Of a stretch of DNA of 64,000 nt, positions 52,506 to 64,000 are shown in pieces; position 1 is the stretch's first letter, and each line of letters begins with the position of its first letter. The notes beneath the pieces were generated by a model. The model was not told the origin of the DNA, did not search any database, and saw only the letters and a list, made by a program, of their open reading frames with translations. Made by a program: the position numbers and the translations under genes. Where the stretch lies: the NCBI GenBank assembly GCA_951406725.2, contig OX597833.1:46004001-46068000 (forward strand), in the 5' to 3' direction. Origin of the DNA: Octopus vulgaris (taxonomy: Eukaryota).

Positions 52506-53616
52506 ATACATGTATTTCATATTACTAGTAAGGTCCAAGGGCAAGAAGGCATGAATTGTTGGACATTCTTTACTGTGGACGCTTATATAAACCAACAGAG
52601 GCTCAGTTCAGAGTGTAATATTAGACTGAAACAAGTAAAAAAAAAAGTAAAGATAGATAGACAGATTGAGACAAACAGACAGAGAGGGAGTGAGGTGCAA
52701 GTGTCCGTTTCTGTGTCTCTGTGTGTAGTGATACAATGAGAAGATATAATGGGTATGGTGGCACACTATATAACAAGGATATGATATAATGTTAAGGAGG
52801 CGATGATTGCTGAATAGATAAAAAGAAAAAAAAAATATCTTGCAATACATTTATCTAAGATATATTATAGTAGGTGTTACTTGAAAGATAATCATGTCAG
52901 GTTACATCGTTTTTCTGAGAAAAACCTTATAGATTCTCAAAAAAAAACCACATTGTTACTGTTACAAAGTAGACAAAATAGAACATACACTAAATTAACT
53001 TTTTCTTTGCAAATACTTTCTGGACCAATTCAAAACAATAAACTCAAGTACGATAAGATATAAAGCTTGTCAAACGGGTTCATATCTGTGTTTTTGTAGT
53101 ATTGTTAAAACATCTTTATGTGTGTGAGTGAGTGAGTGAGTGAGAGAGAGGAGAGAGTGTTCTTTAGATTGCTTTAGGTCATCATGTTCGGGCCATGCTG
53201 GAGCACACCTTCAGCCATGTGAATGTAATTTTGAAATGTCAGTCAACAAAGCTAATATGTTTGCATACCAATGTGTCTGCATATCATGTGCAGTATTGTT
53301 ATAGATTTTTGTATGTATAGGTGTATAAATATTATATATATATATATATATATACATGTGTGAGTGTGTGTGTTTAACATATGTTGCTTTAACATATTTG
53401 ACTCTGATACATACATACAAACATTCACAGTTTTTAGCCTAATCTGCTATTGAGGTGGGAATAATTAGATGTTTGCACTTCTTGCAACCTGGAACCATAG
53501 CTTTGCAGCATGTACACATGCATCAATTTACTTGGGTTTACTTTAAAAGCCCAGTCCAAGGGTGTCTGTCATCAGATACGGTTTTACAGTGAAAATTGAT
53601 TGTTTTACTGAAGATA

Positions 53617-53779
53617 GGCGCAGGAGTGGCTGTGTGGTAAGTAGTTTGCTTACGAACCACATGTTCTGGGTTCAGTCCCACTGCACGGCACCTTGGGCAA
53701 GTGTCTTCTACTATAGCCTCGGGCCGACCAAAGCTTTCTGAGTGGATTTGGTTGACGGAAACTGAAAGAAGCCCGTCGT

Positions 53780-53810
<31 letters not shown>

Positions 53811-53992
53811 GATATATATGTCTGTGTTTGTCACCCCAGCATCGCTTGACAACCGATGCTGGTGTGTTTACATCCCCATAACTTAGCGGTTCGGCAAAAG
53901 AGACCGATACAATAAGTACTAGGCTTACAAAGAATAAGTCCTCGGGTCAGTTTGCTCTACTAAATGCGGTTACTGAAACAAGCAAGAGAGAG
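53617..53992 (+). mobile_element. SINE family A, full length
   Basis: GGCGCAGGAGTGGCTGTGTGGTAAG head through tail. Confidence 0.88.
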
Positions 53993-54275
53993 TATACAGC
54001 TGAACAATCATGACTATCCATAGAGTTTATATAAGTATTAACTAGGAGAATGAAGGAAACCAGTTCATACATAATAGCTGAATAGTTGACATTTTCCAGG
54101 ATTGATAAAATTATATTAATGCGATGTATTATTTTATATATTACATAAGAATATTCCTACAATAATTCTTCTGACAAAGCATTGATGAAACAATTGTAGC
54201 ACAATGCAATAAAACAATTGCTTACTCCATTCTACTTGTTAATGTGTGTATGTATATATATATATATATATATAT

Positions 54276-54612
54276 GAAGGTGCGTGGCTCAGTGGTTAGA
54301 GCGTCGAGCTTACGATCATGAGGTTGTGAGCTCGAATCCTGGACCGGGCTGCGTGTTGTGTTCTTGAGCAAGACACTTTATTTCACATTGCTCCAGTTCA
54401 CTCAGCTGTGGAAATGAGTTGCGACGTCACAGGTGCCAAGCTGTATCGGCCCTTGCCTTTCCCTTGGACAACATCCGTGACGTGGAGAGGGGAGGCCAGT
54501 ATGCATGGGCGACTGCTGGTCTTCCATAAAACAACCTTGCCCAGACTTGTGCCTCAGAGGGTAACTCTCTAGGTGCAAACCCATGGTCAGTGTCTGACCG
54601 AAGGGGGTCACC
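54276..54612 (+). mobile_element. tRNA-headed SINE family D
   Basis: A and B boxes; matches 15647-15966; inserted directly after (TA)n. Confidence 0.87.
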
Positions 54613-54860
54613 ACCACCATATATATAATGTATACACAAAACCACTCACACATGTATAGCCAGATAGATATAAATATGTGTGTTCATTTCTTTGTTTCCA
54701 GTTTAGCAGTAAGAGCATGGTGGCGTATGTTTAAATTTTTAAAATGTATGCATGTTCTTAAGCAATAAATGCCATGCCACAGTTATATGGTCTAAATAGA
54801 GAAAGCAATATGTATGCTAGTTGGCCTTCACATGTGTGTATATATGTGTGTGTGTGTGTG

Positions 54861-54905
<45 letters not shown>

Positions 54906-55392
54906 GCACATGGACACACACAAGTATATGTATAATGTAGATATATATATATATATATATATAAAACTTGTCCCCCACATACGAATGCTCATAAAATGAG
55001 AAGAGGAGATGAATGGGAAAGAGAAAGAAGGTGGGAGAGACCCTTTCAGTGTTTCATCTCCCCAACTTCGCAATTTCAAGGTACTCCTTTTGCTGTATAA
55101 TTGTATCTTGTGCTTCCCACTCGAAACCTTACAAAACTTTTAATGCTCTCCTTCTTTCTCTCTCTCTAATAATTATTAAAGATGTCTCTCCCTGACCTTT
55201 ATAAATACTTTAACTGCTGTGAGCAATGTCGTTCTTTTTCCTCTTTACTTATTTTATTCCCTTAGCATAATTCTATTTTATTCCTTACAGTAATTTCTTA
55301 CATATCAAGTATCTTGTTGAAATCTTTCAAAAACCTACTTAATGACTTTGCACTTGGTCTGTCACATAAAAAAATGCCCCCCCCTCTCTCTC

Positions 55393-55452
<60 letters not shown>

Positions 55453-55811
55453 GTGTGTGTGTGCCTGATAGTTTATGATTGGATTTAATTTGTTGGGTTG
55501 TTGTGTTAAGATGATTGATGTCTCCCAATTGGAATATATTCTTTATATATATATTGTACCGGAGACAAGAAAAACTTGTTTTGAGTCTCTGAAGATAAAA
55601 AATCACTTAAAAATGAATCAACAATATATAAATTCAGTTAAACTCTTGATTGAACCAGGAGCAGGGTAGAGAGCCCTCTCTGTCAGGGGTTCCTATGCAT
55701 TTTTGTTTTGATTTCCTTGCTTGGCAGCCTTTTGAAAATAAATTTACTTTCCACACTGTTCTGTAATTTGACTTCAACTTTAATATCTACTACAATATAA
55801 CAAACCAATGT

Positions 55812-55935
55812 GGAGGCGCAATGGCCCAGTGGTTAGGGCAGCAGACTCGCGGTCGGAGGAGTGCGGTTTCGATTCCCAGACTGGGCATTGCGTGTGTTTA
55901 TTGAGTGAAAACAAATAAAAGTTCCACGAAGCTTA
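55812..55935 (+). mobile_element. SINE family C head, 3'-truncated
   Basis: Near-identical to 1639-1760. Confidence 0.8.
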
Positions 55936-56226
55936 GGTGTTACATAGGTGTTAGATGCCTGATCTAGCCAGTTTAAATATAATACAAATATAGCTAGTTT
56001 CAATGCTAAAGGTTAAGAGAAATTTGGCTGCCATTTCTTGCAGGTTGAGTGACTCATGTTGAACTTCCTTTAACAGGTACACATTAAGGAAGCGATGGCA
56101 AAGAGCAACCAACAAATTAAGTGAGCTTTATTGGCATAAATAATAAATTTGACTCTTACTCTCCTACGAGCATCATGCATACTTTAAGACATTAAAGAGA
56201 TGTTTTTTTCTTCTGATATTTTTCAG

Positions 56227-56378
56227 TGTTTGAGAACAAAGAGAAGATAATTATGGTGATGGATTACGCTGCTGGAGGGGAACTCTACGACTATATCAAT
56301 AAGAAGAAACCTTTGCCTGAGAGAGAAGCCAGACGAATGTTTCGGCAAATAGCTTCAGCAATATATTATTGCCATCAG
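56227..56378 (+). CDS. NUAK1: NUAK kinase exon: (V)FENKEKIIMVMDYAAGGELYDYINKKKPLPEREARRMFRQIASAIYYCHQ
   Basis: tttcag acceptor and CAG/gtaagg donor; 152 nt, phase 1 to 0, completing the G left by the previous exon (GTG = V). Hinge and alphaE motifs match NUAK1/2. Confidence 0.95.
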
Positions 56379-56975
56379 GTAAGGGCTTGTTGTTAACATG
56401 CATTCATATATATTCTGAAATTAGCTAAAGTTTGAGTATACATACATACTGCCTTTGATCTTTTACTTGTTTCAGTCTGGGGTACCCCACCTTAAGGTAT
56501 GGCTTCATACAGCTCGATACATTTTCCAATGCCAACCACATTAGAGTGTGTACAGGTGCTTGTTTTTTTTTTTTTTTTGTTTGTTTGTTGTTTTTTTTGC
56601 ACCACCAGCACTCGTGAGAGCACCAAGTAACTTGCAAGACTAGGAAAGAAAAGGGAAAACATCTCCCCCGCACCCATGCTCAGCCAAGTGGGTACGGCTT
56701 TATTCTGTTCTGCTGGGTGGTTGATGTTAGGAAGGGCATCCATCCATAAAAACACTGCCAAAACAGACGCATAAATACTGGGGTTGATTTGTGTCACTAA
56801 AACCCTTCGAGGTGGTGCTCCAGCATGGCCACTGTCGAATGACTGAAAGAAGTAAAAGTATATCTATATTCTCTGCTTTGTGGTATTGAATTCTAATGCT
56901 CCTATTTTTAAAATCAAATGTGTGTGTTTGTAGCCATGTAAATTACATCTTTTTTTTTCTTTATTTCACTTTTAG

Positions 56976-57041
56976 AATGGTATTGTCCACCGTGATCTGA
57001 AATTAGAGAATATTGTTCTGGACAGAGATGAAAATGTTAAG
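56976..57041 (+). CDS. NUAK1: NUAK kinase exon, catalytic loop: NGIVHRDLKLENIVLDRDENVK
   Basis: ttttag acceptor and AAG/gtaagc donor; 66 nt; HRDLKLEN motif. Confidence 0.96.
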
Positions 57042-57156
57042 GTAAGCATTATTACTAAACAAGTTGGAACATATTGTAACATTGATTTTTTACTTGTTCA
57101 TGCCATCCTATTTTTCTCTCCCTCCTACTTGCTTTTATTCCATCTCTCTCTCTCTC

Positions 57157-57213
<57 letters not shown>

Positions 57214-57512
57214 TTATGTGTATAATATCAATCAAAGTGTACAGTATTGTATGTATCCATTACGGCTGATCTTTTCAGTCAGTTTTGCATCAGCAGTTCA
57301 ATGGAGTGTTTGGCAATGGCTCAATTACATAACCTTGTGCTCTTCAGAGATGGAAGTTATATATATGCATATGCACATACATACATGCATGGATACACAT
57401 GCATAGAGAGAGAGAGTTTTCATCCCCAAAATTGTTTAGCTTGTAAGAATCACATTTATTCTCATCACTAACTAATTTAATTATTTGTTGGTTTCATTTT
57501 CTTTCTGACTAG

Positions 57513-57647
<135 letters not shown>

Positions 57648-57825
57648 TGAATTCCTGGAACATTTTTTTATATCTTCTTTTTCATTTATGTATTTTATCA
57701 TTGAGATTTTATCCCTAATAGTGGTTTGGAATTTAACTGTCCTTTCTAGCATGCAAGGAACCCTATGATGGATACCTCTTATGTGTTTAAATGTACACTG
57801 TATTTATATATATATATATATATAT

Positions 57826-58270
57826 TAAGGCGGCGAGCTCACAGAATCGTTAGTATGGTATGCGAAATGCTCATCAGTATTTTGTCTGTTTTCATGTTTT
57901 GAGTTCAAATGCTGCTGGGGTGAACTTTGCCGTTCATCCTTTCAGGGTTGATAAATTAAGTACCAGTTATGCACTGGAGTTGATGTAATCAACTGGTCCC
58001 CACCCCTAAAATTTCAGGCCTCGTACCTATGGTAAAAAGGATATATATATATAAAAACCACCTGTGAGGCGATACATAAAGGCACTTGTGCAGTGTCATG
58101 TAAAAGCATCTGGCACACTCTGTAAAGTGGTTGGCATTAGGAAGAGCATCCAGCCATAGAAACTATGTCAAATTAGACTGGAATCTGGTGCAGCCCTCCA
58201 GCTTGCTAGCTCTGATCACACCTTCCAACCCATGCCAGCATGGACAACAGTCATTAAATAATAATGATGA
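57826..58270 (+). mobile_element. SINE family B (57826-58040) followed by family E (58060-58270), in the intron before the DCWSLG exon
   Basis: Standard motifs. Confidence 0.78.
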
Positions 58271-58715
58271 TATATATATACACACTCACACACACACACA
58301 CACACACACGTGTGTGTCCTACTGGATCTTTGGAGAACTTTTACAAATTTAGTTGGCACTGAGGATAGATCTGTCTGATAGAGTACATCCACCTCTAGAA
58401 TTTGAAACGAGCATACAAGTAAAAGAAATGCTTGTATTGATTATACTGTGCTCTCACTGCTTACAGTGGCAATTATACCTACTCATAGCATGTGCCTGTG
58501 CCTCCGTTATCTAAACCCTTTGAATGTTTGCTATAACAATACGCTTTTGTGCTAATTTGACTGACCTGTGGCAATATGAAGGCGATGGCCCTGTTGTGGG
58601 AGGGAGAGATGGAGATACCTCAGATCAGCTCTTTTAGATTTGTTTTTCTTGCATTCTAAACCTTTTTGAAGAATAAGATAATTCCTGACAATTTCTGCAT
58701 TTTTTTACTTTACAG

Positions 58716-58848
58716 GTTGATTGTTGGAGTTTAGGGGTGCTTTTGTATACTTTGGTCTATGGCGCCATGCCATTTGATGGCAATGATTTCAAGGTGCTAA
58801 GGAAGCAGATATCCACTGGAGATTATTACGAACCTACAAAGTCTTCTG
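58716..58848 (+). CDS. NUAK1: NUAK kinase exon: [44 protein letters not shown]
   Basis: ttacag acceptor and G/gtaagt donor; 133 nt, phase 0 to 1. [18 protein letters not shown] motif as in NUAK. Confidence 0.96.
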
Positions 58849-59354
58849 GTAAGTAAATTAAAAGAAACAATGTCCTAGTATATTTTGGAAATGTTTGGTA
58901 ATTCATGATCAGGAGGAAAGAGCTGTTTCCATGACCTTTGCAGGTTCTCTCTTAGACTGTTGAATTCAATGCAGTTAATAATCTTCTTGAATAGTTCCAG
59001 TTTGAGCTATGAATCAATGTGAATCATGACTTGCAGCTAATGGTGATGTTGTTCACCAAAATGTGATATTAAGTGAACAGTAAACTTCACTTCAATCTTT
59101 TTTGATCATCAGCCAAACTCGTATTTTCTATTCATTCTTTGATGTTGCTCCACCCCCTCTTCTTGTGGTCTTATAACACATTCATTCAAGGTTGTTATCT
59201 CAAAGCGGCCTGTGAACAAAGTCATTCCAGTCGTGACCATCCCATCTTTTCATATATTGTGGACTATATTGTCCAGTGTGTTCCTTATATTGTAAAATGG
59301 CAGGTGGGAAATTCTCTTCTATTTCTTGCAGGTCAAACAACCACCTGGCTTCCT

Positions 59355-59604
59355 TTAACTCTTTAGCATTCAAATTGGTCATATCTGGCCCAAATATTGT
59401 TTTCTGTTCAAGCTGATTAGATCCAGCATCTCATACCTGTCCCCACAATGTCATTCTAAAAATATACAATCACATCATTGAAATCTTAAAGGTACAGGAT
59501 AATACATGATTAATTAGAGCTACAAGATAATACCTGATTAATTCAAACAATAAGAATAAATATGCATTACATTTGACGGAGTAATCTGAATGCTAAAGGG
59601 TTAA
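59355..59604. mobile_element. piggyBac-like MITE
   Basis: TTAACTCTTTAGCATTCA ... TGAATGCTAAAGGGTTAA termini. Confidence 0.8.
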
Positions 59605-59774
59605 CTATATCATCATTGGACTAGAAGTATGGTGTCAGGGAGTCATGTTACGTGACCAAACCACGTCATTTTCCACTTTCCAACTATTGACACGAGTTTT
59701 GCATTTTGTTGTCTTTTCAACAATTTCTTTCTTAACACTTATTAATTTGATGTTCAGTATATGGAATGTACAGC

Positions 59775-60078
59775 AGGTGCATGGTCTAGTGGTTAAGGTT
59801 GTTACCTTCACAATCTTACGATTGTGATTTCAGCTCCCAGATTGGATGGTGCATTTTGTTCTTGAGCTAAACACTTTATTTTACATCGCTCCAGTCCACT
59901 CAATTGTTAATGAGTAACCCTATGACAGACTGGTATTGCTTTCCGGGGGGGAATGTTAGCTTACCTGCCTGCCCACCCCCAGGATGGCATCATTTGAAGG
60001 CTGCAATAGTGTGAGGAGACACCTTACAGCCAGCAGTTTATCACAACATTTGATAGTCAAATCAGTAGAGTGATATGC
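59775..60078 (+). mobile_element. Decayed tRNA-headed SINE (family C-type)
   Basis: GGTGCATGGTCTAGTGGTTAAGG head; collinear with 30123-30410. Confidence 0.65.
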
Positions 60079-60253
60079 AATGTAAAGGATCTATATACAG
60101 CATTCAACAAAATTCTGGAAACGCCTTAAAAACAGAATGATTTTGATCAGAAGTTTTATGAGCACATGTTGAGTCTTTAAATAATGAAATTGAATTATTT
60201 GATAAATGCTTTTGTCTTTGTTACATTCTTACTACATTTTCTCTTCTTTTCAG

Positions 60254-61449
60254 AAGCTGCGGGCCTTATACGACATCTACTCACTGTGAATCCTGAGAGG
60301 AGAGCCAATGTGGAGAAAGTTGTCCATCATTGGTGGGTCAACATGGGATACAACTTCACACCTAACAATGAACCATATCCTGGACCCTGGTTACAGGCTC
60401 CGATTCATATCCGCGACCGATCTAGCTTATCTTCTGACAGTGATGGTGAAATTGATATAAATGAACTGCGAAGAAGAGGGAGCTTTCCTAGTAAAACTTT
60501 GTCAAGACAAAGACAAGAGCAGCATGATGGAGACAAATTGTCAACATTGGACAGTACAGTTATCCCTGATATAAAATATCATTCTCCTAGACATACTCAT
60601 CGACAAAATGTTTCTGTCAGTGGCAATGGTGCTTCCAGTGAATTTTACCGACATGTTAATCTGGATCAAAAGCCTGTCCGGAGTATCCTAAAGCAAACAG
60701 GTAGCTGTATGAGAGAAGATAAAAGTACGACCAGCTACAGTGTGATAGAAGGCTCATGTAAGGAAAACAGTAATCCCAACAGCAATGGATTTAATAATAC
60801 ATGCTCATCATTCCAAAAAAGCTTGCCAAAACACAGTTCCCCTCCCACCAACAGCCTCAGTTTAAACTGTAGCAGTAGTCCCCCAACTATGGGCTCTATG
60901 TTGTCTGACAAAACAGAACCAAACTCTGACATTCCTGCCAATAGTGATGCTGATAGCTTTTTAACACTAAAAGAAAGTACCTATAGTCATGTGGATTATA
61001 ACACGGGATCAAATCCACTTGAAAATTACTCTACAGTGGTCAACTCTGTTCGGACTGATTCTTGTGTCCGACGGCGTGGCATTCTGAAAAAATCTGGACT
61101 TTGTCTCCAAAATGGTTATACTTCAATGAACAGTGATGCCCGGAAGAGGCTCAGTATTGGCAGTGTTAGTTCAAATTCTTCAGGTGACATACTTGATTTT
61201 TCTTACGATAGTTGTGAAGGAGAACAACATCACTTGCTGCAAAAACTTTCTGGAAGTCATTCTCCAAACGGTACACCTCTTTCTGAACTTGATGAGGAGA
61301 GGCCTTCAGACATTGCAGATTTCTGCCGGGGATCTTCAGTTGTTATGACATTTAAACAGAAGCCATCTTCTTACTTCGACCTTGAATATGATCTCCTTGA
61401 TTCCTCACAGGTTCGTCACAGAGCTTTGGAAATTTGTCAGAAAATGTAA
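60254..61449 (+). CDS. NUAK1: NUAK kinase last coding exon: end of kinase domain plus Ser-rich tail with SILK and GILK motifs, ending RALEICQKM*
   Basis: tttcag acceptor, phase 1 (G+AA = E); 1196 nt open to TAA (ORF-track entry 60184..61449). Contains [10 protein letters not shown]...HWWVN, RSILK at 60682-60693, RRRGILKK at 61078-61089, and a C-terminus resembling vertebrate NUAK1 ALEICSKL (recalled). Confidence 0.93.
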
Positions 61450-63300
61450 AACAAAATATTAAAAAAAAAAAAAATTACAAAAACTGACAAAAGTCTTTTC
61501 CTTCCACCATCAAAATGACAATTTCTCTTCATCTCTTTTCTCTTTTCATCTTCCACATCTTTATCTTTCTCATTTCTCTTACTCATTTCCTCTTTTATAC
61601 TTTTTACAAATTCCTTCATTATTCTAGTCTAAAAACAAACAAACAAACAATGTACCTTCCACTCATTTATTCTTTGCCTGCTCTGCCATATCATGACTAT
61701 CAACTGACCATCGTTCTTGTAAGAGCCATACATACTAACTATAATCCAAAGATTATCTTCACTTGTTTAAAATCTTTGAATCCATCCATTTTTCTCATCC
61801 ATCCAGCCTAAACCACAAATTTTTGTGATGAACTATTTGAAACTTAAAATGCTTTCTCAGTCCATTGTTCTTACTGTAATGAATAATTATTAAATTAATT
61901 GTAAATGATTACAATAACAATGATGACATTTTGATTTTAAGCCCAACTCTAACTCAATCCACCAGAAAAATTATCTCTTACCCACCATTTAAAATTTCAG
62001 CTTTTTTTTTTTAACGACCCAAGCAAAATGAATGAAGACTTACCACCTATCTAAACTCCTGATTTCTATTGTTATTCCGCATGTCTCAGTTATATGGCAT
62101 TTTTGTTTTGTTTTGTTTTTTTTTTAAACCAATTGACAAGCTTTACTAATGTCATATCTATAAAATAGTCTATGAATGCCTTGAGTGAATGAATGAGAGA
62201 AAGAAAATGTGTTCAAGAGAGAGAGAGAGAGAAAATTTCTGAGTTTAGGTACCATCATTTGTATCTTATCTCGTTACTTAAAATACAATGCTCAAAGGAA
62301 CCATATATTTATATTGAGTATCTATATATATTTATTTTGAGTATCTATATATGTATTCATTTATTCTGAATATATATGTATATATATAGAGAGAGACAGA
62401 TGAATAGATAGATATTATAAATAGATTTATTCTCAAAACCTAGATTTTCATTTCAATTCAAATATTAACATACACACCCCCTCACACATATGAAATGATG
62501 AAATATACATCATTTTTATTTTTATATTTCTCTACACTTCCTTGTTTAAATCTTCCCATGGCCATTATTTTAGCCTTGTTTAGCTATCGGCCATTATTAG
62601 TTCAGCAACCTAACAATATGTTTGATTTCCGTAAGCATTTCAATGTTAACCTACAAAAAAATTTTTGATTTTCTCACTTGTCTATTCTGTTAAACTAGGT
62701 TAATGGTGGTACATTTGCTTTTGAGCTTTTTAACAGAACATTAAAAAAAGACAATAGACCCTTTCACTCTGTATTGTTTCCTACTTGTATACTTTCTGTT
62801 TTTTATTCTTGAAAGTAAGTTATGTATTTGAAAGTGCGTGTTTGAAGTCTGCACACATGACTAAGTGGAGTATACACCTGAAGAGGCTTACGTTCTCAAA
62901 TGCTCTTGCCAACCAGACAAGACACGTGGTTTTTCAAAAACGTGTTTCCATTCTTTGCTTTTGATACAGACATGCTTGAGAGTTTATTAAATATATTTAT
63001 AAGTGTATCTTACTGCATACATACACATACATAACATAAAGAAAAAGAAGAAAGAACAGTTAAAATAGAATTCATAATTTTTAATTATTCCATTCCCCAT
63101 ATATCACATGTTTCATTTTTAACTTAATTTAATGAATTTTATAAATACATACTTTGGAATAAACCTATAGATTTTTTTTTTTAAGAAAATTGGATTATTA
63201 CTCAATATTTCAGCTTCTGAATTGCTGAACTCATATTTCTTGAGTTAGTTGACTGAGCTGTATACTTCTATATTAAAATAAAAGATTATTTTAGTTTTAA
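61450..63300 (+). other. Probable 3' UTR of the NUAK gene with candidate poly(A) signals
   Basis: About 1.9 kb AT-rich stretch free of SINEs after the stop; AATAAA at 63158-63163 and 63277-63282. The true transcript end is unknown. Confidence 0.5.
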
Positions 63301-63533
63301 AACTCATTTCATAAAAATTGCCAATTCATGTCTGGAGAAGAATATTTTAAACTATTTAAATCTAAAAACCATAACATGAAAGACAAAAACACAATGCAGT
63401 TATATAATATTATACAAACGTTATTGATACATACATAAATACATGCATTCATACATACATACACACACACTGTATTTTCTGACATTCAAGTCAATGTAAT
63501 ATATAGTGTAAACATTCAAACATTGTCACTATT

Positions 63534-63838
63534 TACATTATTTACATTCGACGGATATTTGTCCTCATCTTGTTTGTTGTTAACATGGTCAAGAGCATGG
63601 GCTACTAACCCCAAGATTCCATGTAGTGACCTGAGTAATAATAATAATAATAATAACATTGAAAAGAAAAAAAATACATTAGGAATGAGAACCCAGGTTC
63701 GAAATTTCCCCAAGACACCTGATGAAGGCTGGAGAGTATATCAGTCGAAACATTGTGTTAACAAACAAGATGAGGACAAATATCCGTCAAATGTAAATAA
63801 TGTACATAATTCCTCATCTCTTAAATATAGAAATGTAC
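63534..63838 (+). mobile_element. Non-autonomous Penelope-like/retrozyme-type element with inverted terminal segment and hammerhead ribozyme
   Basis: 10-bp direct repeat TGTCACTATT at 63524-63533 and 63839-63848; ~50 bp inverted repeat (63534-63585 vs 63756-63804); internal (AAT)n; hammerhead core. Confidence 0.75.
63714..63759 (+). ncRNA. Minimal type-I hammerhead ribozyme motif
   Basis: Stem I GACAC/GTGTT; CTGATGA at 63719-63725; stem II GGCTGG/TCAGTC; GAAA at 63747-63750; CATT (UH cleavage site). Confidence 0.7.
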
Positions 63839-64000
63839 TGTCACTATTCTTCCAAATTCTGCTGCGTTTCACATGCAACATTTGGTCCTCCAAAATTATC
63901 TTGGTGTATATCTTATCTTTTTTTTTTTTTTTTGCATCTTTTTCTTCTTTCAGTCATTAGACTGTGGCCATGGTGGGGCACTGTCTTGAGAAAATATTTA

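Noticed and set aside
60184-60253. ATG and hydrophobic signal-peptide-like start of the 421-aa ORF
   Set aside because: This is the intron polypyrimidine tract; the exon starts after tttcag at 60254, in phase with the upstream kinase exon.
62874-62950. ACACCTGAAGAGGC as a hammerhead core in the 3' UTR
   Set aside because: No closing stem II with GAAA could be found.
63516-63960. ORFs on both strands sharing the peptide VNKQDEDKYPSNVNNV
   Set aside because: A by-product of the element's inverted repeat, not coding sequence.

Overview
Eukaryotic, AT-rich, CpG-poor animal DNA, very dense in microsatellites and SINEs. The SINE families look like those of Octopus/coleoid cephalopods (recalled, not searched). 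The window is almost entirely one + strand gene, a NUAK-family (ARK5/SNARK, AMPK-related) Ser/Thr kinase. Six coding exons were reconstructed from GT-AG boundaries and reading phase: 29270-29390, 56227-56378, 56976-57041, 57513-57632, 58716-58848 and 60254-61449, giving 595 codons plus stop. The first coding exon (ATG and Gly-rich loop) was not found and probably lies upstream of base 1. The two large introns contain several tRNA-headed SINE families, piggyBac-, hAT-, mariner- and Helentron-type non-autonomous DNA elements, RTE-LINE 3' remnants and simple repeats. Nearly all short ORFs in the supplied track are repeat artefacts. The most notable observations are: (1) a TSD-flanked ~305 bp retroelement just downstream of the gene carrying a minimal type-I hammerhead ribozyme, a tRNA-like head remnant and a Penelope-like inverted repeat; (2) a cluster of long near-perfect hairpin elements inserted in (TA)n tracts at 12.3-14.2 kb; (3) inverted SINE pairs around exon 2; (4) a candidate poison exon in intron 2. 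Repeat boundaries are read by eye and are approximate, and family letters A-F are my own labels.
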